A DNA stretch of 64,000 bases from Lama glama (Eukaryota), in NCBI GenBank assembly GCA_028534125.1, contig CM052816.1, positions 93,188,001 to 93,252,000 on the forward strand, written 5' to 3'. This document shows positions 1-12,800 of the stretch, piece by piece. Both the position numbers and the translations under genes were made by a program. Within the stretch, counting starts at the first letter, position 1. Each line of letters starts with the position of its first letter. The notes under the pieces are model-generated. The model was not told the DNA's origin and ran no database searches. It saw only the letters and a list, made by a program, of their open reading frames with translations.

Positions 1-703
1 TTTAAATTTTCACTTTTGGCAGTAATGGGCTATTCTATTTTGGGATCTCTCTAACACGTTATGGTTGCTGCTTGATTCCACTAAAGGATTGCTTTGGGTC
101 TGAGAGAAGATTTAGAGTGGGATATTTAATAATGTTTCCAATGATTCTACTGCTGTGTACTGATTGCTCTGAACATTCTTTCGCATGAGATCCAAAGATG
201 CAGTGTTGGGGGATGAGCAGGGTACCATTTATCTCAGAGATTCTCCCTCACCCCGTATAGCAAAGGCTTGAAATGATTGAGTTTAGTTTACTTCAAGTTA
301 TGAAATTTCTTTTAAAGTATCAGTTGCAGATGGGTGCTTAGGAAACATCCCAGTTTGGCTTTTTCATTATCTTGACCAACAAATGTTTTCAAAATGATAC
401 ATGTGTATACACATTCTGATGGCATTTAGTTGTGGTAAAAAATTGTATTTTTGCTTCAGGTTGACTTTTCACTCTAGATTTTTTGACTGTGTGTAAAAAT
501 AGAATGTTTTATAAAATATAGAGTTTTAAAAATTATTTTCATTTTTGTGGGTAAATATAATGAACCAGTAACATTTACCTGCAGTCTGATGGAACAATAT
601 TAGCATTTTTTTTGTTAACCAAATGTCATAAAGCATTGTTACAAGGATATTTCCTTCCCGTTAAAATATTTGAGCTAATGACACAATGACACTATTTCTT
701 TAG

Positions 704-857
704 ATCCTACAACACATCAAATCTGATGGAAGACCTGAAGGTTTTGTATAGAACAGCCGGTCAGCAAGGCAAAGGAGTCACTTTTATTTTCACTGACAAT
801 GAGATAAAAGATGAGTCATTTTTGGAATATATGAACAACGTTTTATCATCGGGTGAG
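704..857 (+). CDS. DNAH5: DNAH5 exon (~human ex54), AAA4
   Basis: ttctttag|A TCC TAC ... GGT GAG|gtaaga; 154 nt; [15 protein letters not shown]...[25 protein letters not shown]. Confidence 0.95.
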
Positions 858-3800
858 GTAAGAGCTCATTTCTCCTTTATGTGTTTTGCCTCCTCAGACT
901 CCCTCCAACATTAGAGCTCTCTGTATTTCCTTCCATTAGAGTTCTGAATAAGAGCTGTTGTTGGGGATTAGGTGATCAGTATGAAGAATGGCTTTTTCTG
1001 TTAGATTTTTGAAGAATAAAACTTCCAATCAAAATGTGGAGCTGTGCTTTGAAAACGTTAATGAAAGCTCCAAATGAGAAGTGGAAAAACAGAAGAAGGA
1101 GGTTATAAGGAAAGCTGATTGGATTTTTGATATGTCCATTTACCCCATTAAAGGGCTATGACTTTCCAGCTAATAATAGAATCATTTGTGTATTTTAAAA
1201 TGTGGTGTAGTTCATCTTGAGGACTTTTGGTGGATTTTTTTAAAGGTGAGATTAAAGACACAAATGAAGGAAAGACATCATACGTATCAAGCTGTCTGTT
1301 CTGATCTGTTGCCTGTGCTGAATTGGAATGTCTGCCTTTTTCTTGAAGGTCTCCAGCCTGTTCGCTCGTGAAGAAATTGATGAAATTAGTAGTGTACTCA
1401 TATCTGCCATGAAAAAGGAACACCCCAGGCGCCCTCCTACCAATGAGAACCTGTATGACTACTTCATGAGCCGAGTCCGGCAGAACCTTCACATTGTGCT
1501 CTGCTTCTCCCCGGTCGGGGAGAAATTTCGAAATCGAGCTTTGAAGTTCCCCGCCCTCATTTCAGGATGCACTATTGACTGGTTCAGCCGATGGCCCAAG
1601 GATGCCTTAATTGCTGGTTAGTGTGGTGGAAATGTTTATGTCAGAGTTTCTGGTTTGCTCTGTGTATGTGTGTGTTTATTTATTTACACTCTGTGCTGTT
1701 TGCTGTCTCTCTACTGGATTGAACCCAAAGTTTGCCCAAAGTTTGTCCAAAGTTTGAGGATTTTTGAAAGGTTGTGCTCTTTCTCATTTGGCAGCTGATT
1801 TTTTTTTCCCCCGCCAGAGTGTGATTACCAGAGAATGAGATCTTCAGTCTGTACTCCTTGGGTTTATTTACAGAAATTTCAGTGTTTTCAGTGTGGTGGA
1901 AAGCTTTGTCTCAGTTGGTCCCCAGGCAAGTTCTGGGATGTCGCAGGAGGGCACTGAGGTTTTCATCTCTTAGATAGCATTTGTGTTCTTTTTCAAGGGG
2001 GCAGAATCTCATGTAAGGTATTATTAACAATAAAAATAAAAATTTCAAGACAGAAAAAGAAAGAAAAATACCATATGATATCACCTATATGTGGAATCTA
2101 AAAAAAAAAAAGACACAAATTAACTTATTTACAGAAAATAGAAACAGATTTGCAGACATAGAAAACAAACTTATGGTTACTGAGGGAAAGGGGGTGGGAA
2201 GGGATAAATTGGGAGTTCAGGATTTGCAAATGTTCACTACTCTATATAAAATAGATAAACAAAAAGTTTCTACTGTATAGCTCAGGGAACTCTATTCAAT
2301 ATCTTGTAGTAACTTATACTGAAAAAGAATATGAAAACCAATATATGTATACGTATGACTGAAACATTATGCTATACACCAGAAAATGACGCAACATTGT
2401 AACTTGAGTGTACTTCAATAAAAAATTAATTTCAGGTGACACACACCTAATACCACAATTAGGATGATTTAATTTAAATAATGGAGCTCCTTCTGTCAAG
2501 TCTTTATTTCAGTCGTCCCTCCTATTACAAGACAAAAGTCCTTCTTTTGTTTATTTCTCCCAAATCTGCCCCATTTAAAAAAATCTTATTGCAACAACCC
2601 AAGTCAAGATTATATGGAGGGCAGGGAAACTTTTGTTTCTGTTTCCTCAGTTCCTAGCAAGTGTCCTGACTTTCATGCATGCGTCTATTTGCTCATTTAT
2701 TTAGAATGTATTTATTGAGCTTCTTGCCGCTTATGGAGCTTGGCATATTGGAGGGCAAGGCAGACTCATTTCTTCACTCCAGATCCTCTTCCCTGCCAAG
2801 CTCATCCACAGCCTCCTGTGTAATATGCACCATCAATTTTTATGTCTGGTCTCGCCTGTCCTCTGGCTTCAAATCTGTGCCCTCAACTGCCTGCTTGATA
2901 CGTTCTCGTAGATGTTTCTTAGGCTCCTTCAGCTGAAAACGTCTAAAACTGAACTGGTTCTCTTCTGATTACTGTCTCCCAGGAAGTCTCATGATGGTGC
3001 ATGAAACTTGGCAATCAGAGAACTCTTTGTCTTTAACATCTTCCTTTTCTTCAACTCTCAAGTCTACTCCATCGCTAACTCATGCCAACTTTATCACCTG
3101 AATATTGCTGGAAACTATCCAACCCTTTCCCTGTCGCTGGCATCCTAGGCCAAGCTATCATTGTAACTCACCTGGAAGACTCAAATCGCTTTCTGGTGGT
3201 CGCTCCTCCTCTCGCCTGTCTCTCATCCATCTCACATTGCCGACAGAACAATGAGAAAAACACAAACCCCATCACATTGCTTTCAACTCAAAACCTTCCA
3301 CTGCTCTCAGGAAAAAGCGGTTTCTAGCATGGCCTGCAAGGCTGGAAAGAGCTGGCCCTGCCTACCTCCCCTGCCTCACCTGAGGTCACTTTTTCCTCCT
3401 GCTCTGTTCTCCTTGAGTCTTGAACGTGGCCTTTCTCTTCCCATGTTTTGCTCTCCTCCTCCAGTTCTCCCTGAGCCCTCCTCCCTTTGTCCGGATACTG
3501 CTGGTTCAGCTAAATGTCACTTCCTCAGGGAAAACGTCCCCTGCTCCCCCCCCCCCCCAATCCAATTGTCTGTTACGCATTTCACAGCACTCTGCTCTTC
3601 CTTCTCGGAATAACCATAGTTTTCAATTTATATACTTACTTGTGTGATTTGATTATTGCTTATCTGTCCTACTAAACTAAAACTTTGTGGGCTCACAGAC
3701 TATATAATCTTTGTTCACAATTTCAGGAGTGACAGAGCCTGACACCTGCAGGGTTGAGTCAATGAATCAGACCATCAAGATTCATCATCCTTCCATAATA

Positions 3801-6800
3801 TGGCCCTGACTTACTTGCAGTCTTCTCTAATCCAACATAACCTTCTTTCTTTCAGATATACCTCTTTTGTTTGAACCCTGAATATCCTCTGATTATCTGT
3901 GTTCTCCCCCATTGTCTCCCCGTCAAGACTGTTCTCTGCCATCTTTTTTATCGAAGTTTCAAAGCTTAATCAAGACACATCAGGTCCTTTGTTCACTTAG
4001 GAATATTTAGTTTTTTTTCCCCCTTTCTTGGACCTTTTATGTCTATAGCGCTTAAACCGTATATAATGCACCTGGGCATTTCAATCTTTTTAAACCTTTT
4101 GGTAACCAATGAGCTATTGTGACTATGTCTCTGATCTAGTCTAGTAAATGTTTAGAGCCAGCCTACTGCCTGCATATACAGTACCGTGCTAGTCATAGTT
4201 GTGGATAAAATAATTGTAAGACACGAGACATACCTTCTTTGTTTTATGAATACAAAACCTTGTTGGGAAAACCGACATCTACACTTAATATTAATCTGCC
4301 TTGTGTTGTTTTGAAGGAATACCATTTGTGAGCATTGGAAGTACTCAGTCCACTTAGGGGTGTAAGTGTTATTTATTCTTTTTAGAAAATTAGGAATAAG
4401 ATTTCGAGAAAAACCATTTAAGTTGCCTTTAAGATCTGGATTCTGAATTAAATTATTATCTCCAGGCACATCAATAAGAAAAGATACCATTTTGTTAGCA
4501 TATTTCATTTAGATTATAATAAATGTTTTCCATAAAAGTACTGAATTATTGTGCATTTTTCTAATTTATTTAGTCATCAAGATGTACTTTATTTTTATTT
4601 TTTTAAAACCCCTTTAGTGAAGTCTGAATGACATACAAAGAACTGTACATCCTTAATGTATACAACTTGACAAGTTTGGAGATGAGTGTTTACCCGTTAA
4701 ACTATAATCTATGCCATAAATGTATGCATTATTATCTCCAAAAGACCCCTCCTCGCTTCTTTAATGATGATGATGATAATGATTATTATTTTTTAAAATA
4801 TTTTTTATTGATTTATAATCATTTTACAATGTTGTGTCAAATTGATGATTATCTTTGTGGTAAGAAAACCTGACATAAGATCTACCCACTTAGCAAACTT
4901 TTAACTATTCAGTGCAGTATTGTTAACTGCATATGCTGTACAGTACATATGTTAACTGTCATATGCTGTACAGAAGATCTGTAGGACTTACTCATTTTGT
5001 GTAACTGAAACTTTACACCTTTTGACTAAGATGTCCTCATTTTCTCCACCTCGTGTCCCCTAGCAACTACCAGTCTACTCTGCTTCTGTGATTTGATTGT
5101 TTTAGATTCCTCATGTGAATGGTATCAGGTGGTATTTTTCCTTCTGGTCTGGTTTATTCGTGTTGTTGCAAATGGCAGAATTTCCTTCTTATTTTAAGGC
5201 TAAATAATATTCCATTGTATGTAAATACCACATTTTCTTTATCCATTCATCTGTCGATGGACCCTCAGGGGTCTTGGCTATTGTGAATAACGCTGCAGTG
5301 AACAAGGGAGTGTAGATGTATCTTCAGTATCTTGATTTCAGTTTCTTTGGATATCTACCCCAAAGTGGGATGGCTGGATTATTTGGTAGTTCTATTTTTA
5401 ATTTTTTGAGGCAATCTCTTACTGTTTCTCATAGTGGTCGTACCAACTTATATTCCCACCAATAGTGTACAGGGGTTCCTTTTCTCTACATCCTGGCCAC
5501 CCCGTTATGTTTAAAATTTAAACAAAATTTTTTTTTTTATAAAAGCCATCTTAACAGGTATGAGGTAATATCTCCCTGTGGTTTTGGTTTGCATTTCTCT
5601 GATGCTTAGTGACACTGCGCATCTTTTCATATACCTGTTGGCCATTTGTATATCTTTGGAGAAATATCTGTTCAGTTCCTTGCCCATTTTAATCATGTTA
5701 CTTGTTCTTTACTATTGAGTTGTAGGAATTCCTTATATATATATATATATTTAACCCTTTATTAGGTTTGCAAATATGTTCTCCTCTTCTGTAAATTGCC
5801 TGTTCATGTGTTGATTATTTACTTTGCTGGGCATAAGCTTTTTAGTTTGTAATCCCACTTGTCTATTTTTGCTTTTGTTGCTTGTACTTTTTGGTGTCAC
5901 ATCCAAAAAATCATTACCAAGACTCATTGTCAAAAAGCTTTTCCTCTACAGTTTCTTCTAGGAGTTTTATGGTTCAGGGCTTATGTTTAAGTGTTTAAAC
6001 CATTTTGAGTTGATTTTTGTGTATGGTGTAAGATAAGGGTCCAATTTCATTCTTTTGCATATGGCTATCCCGTTTCCTCAACAGGATTTACTGAAGAGGC
6101 TGTCCTTTCACCACTGTGTGTTCTTGGCACCCTTGTTGAAGGTCGTATGACTGTATGTGTGTCAGGGTTTATTTCTGGGCTCTCTATTCTGTTCCACTCG
6201 TCTACATGTCTGTGTTTATGCTAGTACCATGCTGTTTTGATTTTTGTAGGTTTGTTACATATTTTGAAATCAGAAAGTGATTTTGATTTGTTCTTGCTCA
6301 AAATGATTTTGGTTATTTGGGTTCTTCAGTGGTTCCCTATGGATTTTAGGACTTTTTTTTTTTTTCTACTTCTGTATAAACTGCCTTTGGAATTTTGATA
6401 GGAATTACGTTAAATCTGTAAGTTACTTTGGGTAGTATAGATACTTGAAAAATACTAATTCTTGCAACCCATTAACATATGATATCTTTCTATATATTTA
6501 TATCTGCTGTAATTTCTTTCATTAGTGTTTTATAGTTTTCAGCACAAATCTTTCACATCATTGGTTTAATTTATTTCTAGATATTTTATTTTATTTTTGA
6601 TGCTAATATAAGTGAGATTATTATCTTAATTTCTTTTTTGGATAGTTTATTCTTGTTCTTTAGAGTATTTTTCTAATTTAAAGATAGTCAGAAAGAGCCA
6701 AGTGTCCTCCCCTTTATCCCACATATACAATAGATGCTAGATTTTGTAGGATTTTAATAACTATATTGCTTTTTTAAAAAGTGAGTTCTTAATATGTATG

Positions 6801-9800
6801 AATTGAAATGGACTGAATTTCTGGGTGAAACATTTAAAGGAAAATATGCTTTGTAAAACTCTAAGCTTTCCCACCATTTAGTAATCTTCATTTTGGCAAA
6901 TCTTTGTTTTCAGCTTTATGTGGAGTTGTTTTGAGTTGTTTCTAAGTATCTGTATTATCTTCATTCTGGGGGTATCGCATTTCTTAATGAAACCTTTTGA
7001 TTCCAAAGTTACTATTAAATCAATTAAATTCATTTAGATTTCTCCAAGGCAAAGATAATTATTAATGTTTGACTAGACACCATTTTATATCAGCACAGTA
7101 TTATTAAATTGGAACTAAAATCAATAGCATATTTTTGGCATATTTCAAAGACCGCCATCTTAATTATGTAAATAAACTGTCCCTCTTTGAAAATTATTAC
7201 TCAGTTTATACTATACAAGATTTTGGCCTTATGAGTTTGCCACCATTGCTTTTGCAACTGTTTGCAACTAATGATGCAGCAGAAAGAGAGATGAGACAAC
7301 TGCACACAATAACTGCTCAGAAAGTAAAGCCAACCACAGTAGTTCCCACTGTTTCCCAGAAAAGTTAGCATATTTTGTTTATAAAGCACATTAGCAGATA
7401 TCTTTGAACTTAGGCTTTAATTAAAAAAATGTTTGGCACTAAAAAGACTTTGTGTAGTATCGTTTTACTTGAATTTCTAAATCAAGGTGATGTGAGCTTT
7501 GGAATTCATCATCTCAGGCTTTGAAGTCCAGTTCTGCTACTTACCAGCAAACTTCTCTAAGCTTCATTTCCTTATCTACAAAATGTACATAGTGATATCC
7601 ATCATTTAGGGGTGTTGTAAGGATTCACTGATTAAGTTAAGTTTTGTGATTTAGAATCTGCTGGGATTAGATATGCTTGCCTCTGAATGTATCGGTTAAG
7701 AATGTGTTTGTCTGTAAGAGAAAATCAGAGAAGCAGTGGTGTAAATAAGTAGGGTTTTTTTTTTTGTTTGTTTCTTTTTCCTGGTACCAGGAAAACACAG
7801 AGATGTGCAGTCAAAGCAATGCTGTTGGGAACCTTACTCCTACCTCCTTAGGCTGTGGCTCTTATAGGCACAAGATGGCGGCTGCATCTCAAGGCTTTGC
7901 GTCTCTTGGTGCCTCATGAAGCTTTGCCTTTTACTTCAGGGCAAGATTCTGCCCCAGGGACTTTTGTCTACGTGTCATTGGCCAGAACTGCGCCTCACCC
8001 CCTGCCCCAGTGACAAGACAGTCTGGGGAATCAAAGAGTTTTAGTTGGGAGTTAGATTGTTACTCTAAGCGAAGTTGGGATTCTTTAAGTCACAAAGAGA
8101 GGGGATGGTAAACTGACTATCTTTCAATAAAAAAAAAATATATATATATATACAAAAAATAAAGTACATGTGAGAAGTGAAAAGTAAAAAAACACAAAAC
8201 AAAGAGGGAATGGCTACTGGATAGGCAACAAATGCGTCTTCCTCACTTTATTACTTCAGTTCATCGAATCCAAATGAGGTGGAAGTTTGAGGGCATCTAA
8301 ATTCAGGGACCGAGGTCAGTGTCCTCCCTTCTATCCCACCTCATCTGTTCTACATCAGGTGAAGTGAGCAAACAGTACCAGGATATAACCCACAGCAGCC
8401 TCAGACATCAGCCTAAAGGTGGGCCCCCAAACTGGCTTTGCTGCCCTGGTGACTGGACAGTGAAGGTGACAGAAGGGTTTTCTATGGCTTGCGTCTGAGT
8501 CTCAGCAGGCTTAGGACGCCCTACGAGGAACTGCACCCCCCCCGCCCCCCAACCTTTCCGGCATTGGAGATTGTGGGTCTATGGAAAAATATGTTTTGAA
8601 TCCATCCCATTTTTATTCTGACTTTTGGGAGAGACAAAAAGACAACTTGGTACATCAAGAAAAAAGGCACCATTTTGATACTCTCTGTTTTATGTAAGAA
8701 AGAAAAAAATCATTATATGACAAATACAAGAAAGTTTTCAGAAAGTGGGGTTGTCCCTGAGGATATTCCATAAAGCTTGGTGTCATTCCTAGCACACAGA
8801 CAGTACTTCAGCCACTGTGATTAATACTGAGAAACAATTTGTCACGGGAAAGAATTGTTCCTATATTTCCAGTGACCAGACTTAACCTTCCTAGAATTTA
8901 AATTGTTGATAGTATTTGCTTAACTACATATGAAAAAAATACGACTTCTGAGGGTCTTAATTTATTGCCTTTCAGTGTATATGTTAAACTGTATTTGTAA
9001 CCACGCTGATCAATTGTCTCTATTATTTACATAAATGTAAACACCACCCTACAATTACAGCATCAAGAACTTAATATAGTGAGACTTACTGATGAAAGAC
9101 ACCATTTTTCATTTTTCTGTCAAGTTATGACTTGATAGGTTTGTTCACTCGGTTCCTTGATTCTTCCTCTTTTCCCTCCCATTTTATTGGCTGTATTTCT
9201 ATTTGCAACACTATGTCTATTATTCAATACTTTTTAGCACTTTTAAAGCCAATCCATAGGCCATTTTTTTCTAAGATGCATAAAGATGGCTTTGATCATT
9301 TTTAACTGCGTTATGCATGACCCTTGTGAATTCCTTGGAGTTGAGACCAAGTGTCATAGTGGTGGGCGTTTGGCACACATTCTCTATGTAAGTGATGATG
9401 GATTAGCTCTGACTTCATGGCCTAATCTTATAATAAGAAATACTGTCTTAGAATCTGTCCCGTGTTTGGCACTGTTGGGAAGATAAAGGTCTACAACAGG
9501 AGACTTTTGTTCATCCATTTTTAAAGGATACCATAAATTCGAATTGACTACAGGTGGCCAGCTGCCACATTTAAGGACAAGATGGCCCAGGCATAAAAAA
9601 ATTTAATGATGAACATTCCACATGCCAAATACAGTCTGAACCTGGAGAGTTAAGGTTATGGCAGGTTCTGAGTGAAATAAATAAATAAGTTACTGGGATT
9701 GTTAAATATGAGTACCAGGTGGGTATTGATTTCTGAGTTGTTTGTACCACTTTTGTCCTTATGTAAACCGTAAAACAGGCTGGCTGCTGACCAGAACCTA

Positions 9801-12800
9801 CAGCTGTGGAGAAGAGACTTCTTTGTATGTGTACCAGAAAACAAAGAATTATGATAGGTTTAAAGTCTGTTCTAGTTTTGTACATGAAAGGGACGATAAA
9901 ATTTTGATGTCAGAGACCTGGGGCCAAAACTGCTGCCGTGTATCTAGCTAGCTGGGGCTATAAAGATGGCATGCATTCCTAAGGATTGTCTAAGTTTTAA
10001 AAAATAGCCAGTTAACTTTTAAAATGATAATTCGCTTTCATATCTCACACACTACTGTCTTTATTCTTTCCAGTGTCTGAACACTTCCTCTCTTCCTATG
10101 ATATTGACTGCAGTTTGGAAACCAAGAAGGAAGTGGTCCAGTGCATGGGCTCCTTCCAGGATGGGGTGGCTGAGAAATGTGTCGATTATTTCCAAAGATT
10201 CCGACGTTCTACCCATGTGACGCCCAAATCATACCTCTCCTTTATTCGGGGCTATAAGTTCATTTATGGAGAAAAGCTTGTGGAAGTGCAAACTCTGGCC
10301 AACAGGTAGGGGTGAAGATCAAATATAAAGTTATTTTAAAGCAGTGATTCTCAACTAGGGGCACATTTGCTCTTAGTGGACATTTTGCAATGACTGGAGA
10401 CACTTTTGTTTGCTATAATTAGGGTTGGGGGGTTAAGGGGTCTACCGGCATCACAAGAGTTAGAGGTCAGGGATGCTGCTAAACATCCTGACTGTGCACA
10501 GCACAGTCCTCCATCACGAAGAGCCATTCAGCCGCAGATTCCGATAGGGCTGAGGTTAAGAAATATTCTCAAGTGTGTTCAAAGGATTAGTCCATAGTTG
10601 CGACGGGCTTTATTCTCACCCAACAGGATTAAGTGTTGCTGAGTTTTCTTGTGGCCCTACACTTTCTATAATTTTGAGTGACAATGATAGAAATAGTGGG
10701 CTTAGAAGGAAGCTGAGAATGCAGACATCCTCTCCTCCGTCCTCTCATCTCTCTGGTCCCACCCTTTCTGAGTGTTCGGGATAGAAGAGTTTGCTTGATG
10801 CTTATGTTCTGTGCATAGTAAATACCCTACTTCACTGAAGTTTGTTCCACATTTCTCTGCTCTGCCCAGCTCTTTTCTGAACACTTGTATCTTCTGCCTG
10901 AAGATGGCCAGAATCAGCCAGGGTGGTTATGGAAGGGACCCCTGGGTGGGTGACTGAACTAAATGACTCCGGGCTCCAGTCTTTAAGATCACATTACTTC
11001 AGGGTCAGGCAGGCAGCTGGTCCCTTCAGGAGGCTGTTCTGATGGCTTTAAATTTTTTTTTCTTGATTCCAAGTCTTTCTTCTTTTAACTTCATTGGTGT
11101 CTTTAAAAAAACAGAAGTTATTTATTTCCTTCCCTCCGTGATAGGGCTTCAAGCATTTGCAGTCTATTGTCATAATAGCTAAAAGGTCATTCAGCATGTC
11201 TCCTGCGTGAAATAGAATCTGGACGCCATTGTTTCTTATGGCATGCAGCATCCTTAGCAGATTCACTCTTTCCACGCCAGGTCTATGCAAACGTACAAGT
11301 GTCTTCAGTCGGGAATCAAGCCTGGAGGTTTACCCTTTTTTGCCAAGCCTTCTTGGGTTTGCTATTGTAGGTACATCAGTCTTCAAAAATGACCATTACT
11401 ATCTGTATCAGTAGACCGGAACTGGGAAAATGTGGCCAAGAACCACACATTTTAACACTGCCTGCTTGGATTTTCCATCAGAATGAATACTGGATTGGAA
11501 AAGCTAAAAGAAGCCTCAGAGTCTGTGGCAGCCCTGAGCAGAGAACTGGCAGTGAAAGAAAAGGAGCTCCAAGTGGCCAATGATAAAGCCGACACGGTGG
11601 GTGGGCGTTCATGTGTGGACCACGTTTTTTTTTGAATTCCCAGTTCATGCATGTTAATGACGTGTGCTCCTTCACTCAGAACCATGGGAGTATACGTTAT
11701 TTATTTCCATTAGAATGCAGTTTTCTTGACTTTATGTATGAAACATTGTGTAAGTGGAGAAAATCAACAACTTGAGGTCAAAATGTGCATGTCCAAACTG
11801 GGTCTTTGGTGACTTTTGAGGAAGTTTTATTGTTCGTTTGTTTTGTGTTGAATTAGGTCTTAAAAGAAGTGACGATGAAAGCACAGGCTGCCGAAAAGGT
11901 CAAGGCCGAGGTACAGAAGGTGAAGGACAAGGCCCAGGCCATTGTCGACAGCATCTCTAAAGATAAAGCCATTGCTGAGGAAAAGCTGGAAGCAGCCAAA
12001 CCAGCGTTAGAAGAAGCAGAGGCAGCCTTACAGGTACATCTGTGTGGTGTAACAGATGCCAGCTGTCAGGGCCTGGGAGGAGGACTAAGGCAGAAAAGGT
12101 GAGTCACATCCAGGAAGTGTTCCAGCACTTCAGACCAGAGCTCTCTCCCCTGGAGTGATTTCAGTCACATGTTCTGCTTGGAGATGTTGTTTGCTTTTTT
12201 TTTTTTTTTTTTTTTTTGAATTTTGCACTTTCTGCTTCACATCTCATCTTCCTCACTCATGAGTGGTGAGCTGTGTCAGAGGAATGGTGGTTCAGTGTCC
12301 TGGGTTCTCAGTTTAACTCTGTCACCAGTAAGCTCCGTGACATTGGGAAAGTCACGTAAAATTTCTAAAATAACATTTTTTTCACTCATTCACTGAGGAC
12401 ATTGGATTAAGTCTATAAGATACAGTATTCTCTGAGTATTTCTATGAATTATCCAAATAAAGGACTACTGATCTAACGTAGCTCATGACCATCAGAGTTG
12501 GACCAGGCTTCCAACACCGTTATCCAATGTGGTTGTGTGGCAATAGCAGAAATGATGAAATTAGAAAGGAGGTTGCATTCTGAGAAAATATGAGATAGGC
12601 CGCACCTTAAAGGGCTGGTCCTTCTTTGAGGACCCAGTTTGAGATTTTTTGGACTCAAGTTAAGATTGCTTTTACTTTAGTCTTACTCCTCCACTGCCTT
12701 GTTATTGGTTCTTGGCCTAGAAAGTGGCTGGAGGAATAGAACACTGCTGATCTGTCCACTGCCAATTCAAGTTATACAATTGTAATTGAACGTGCATCAT

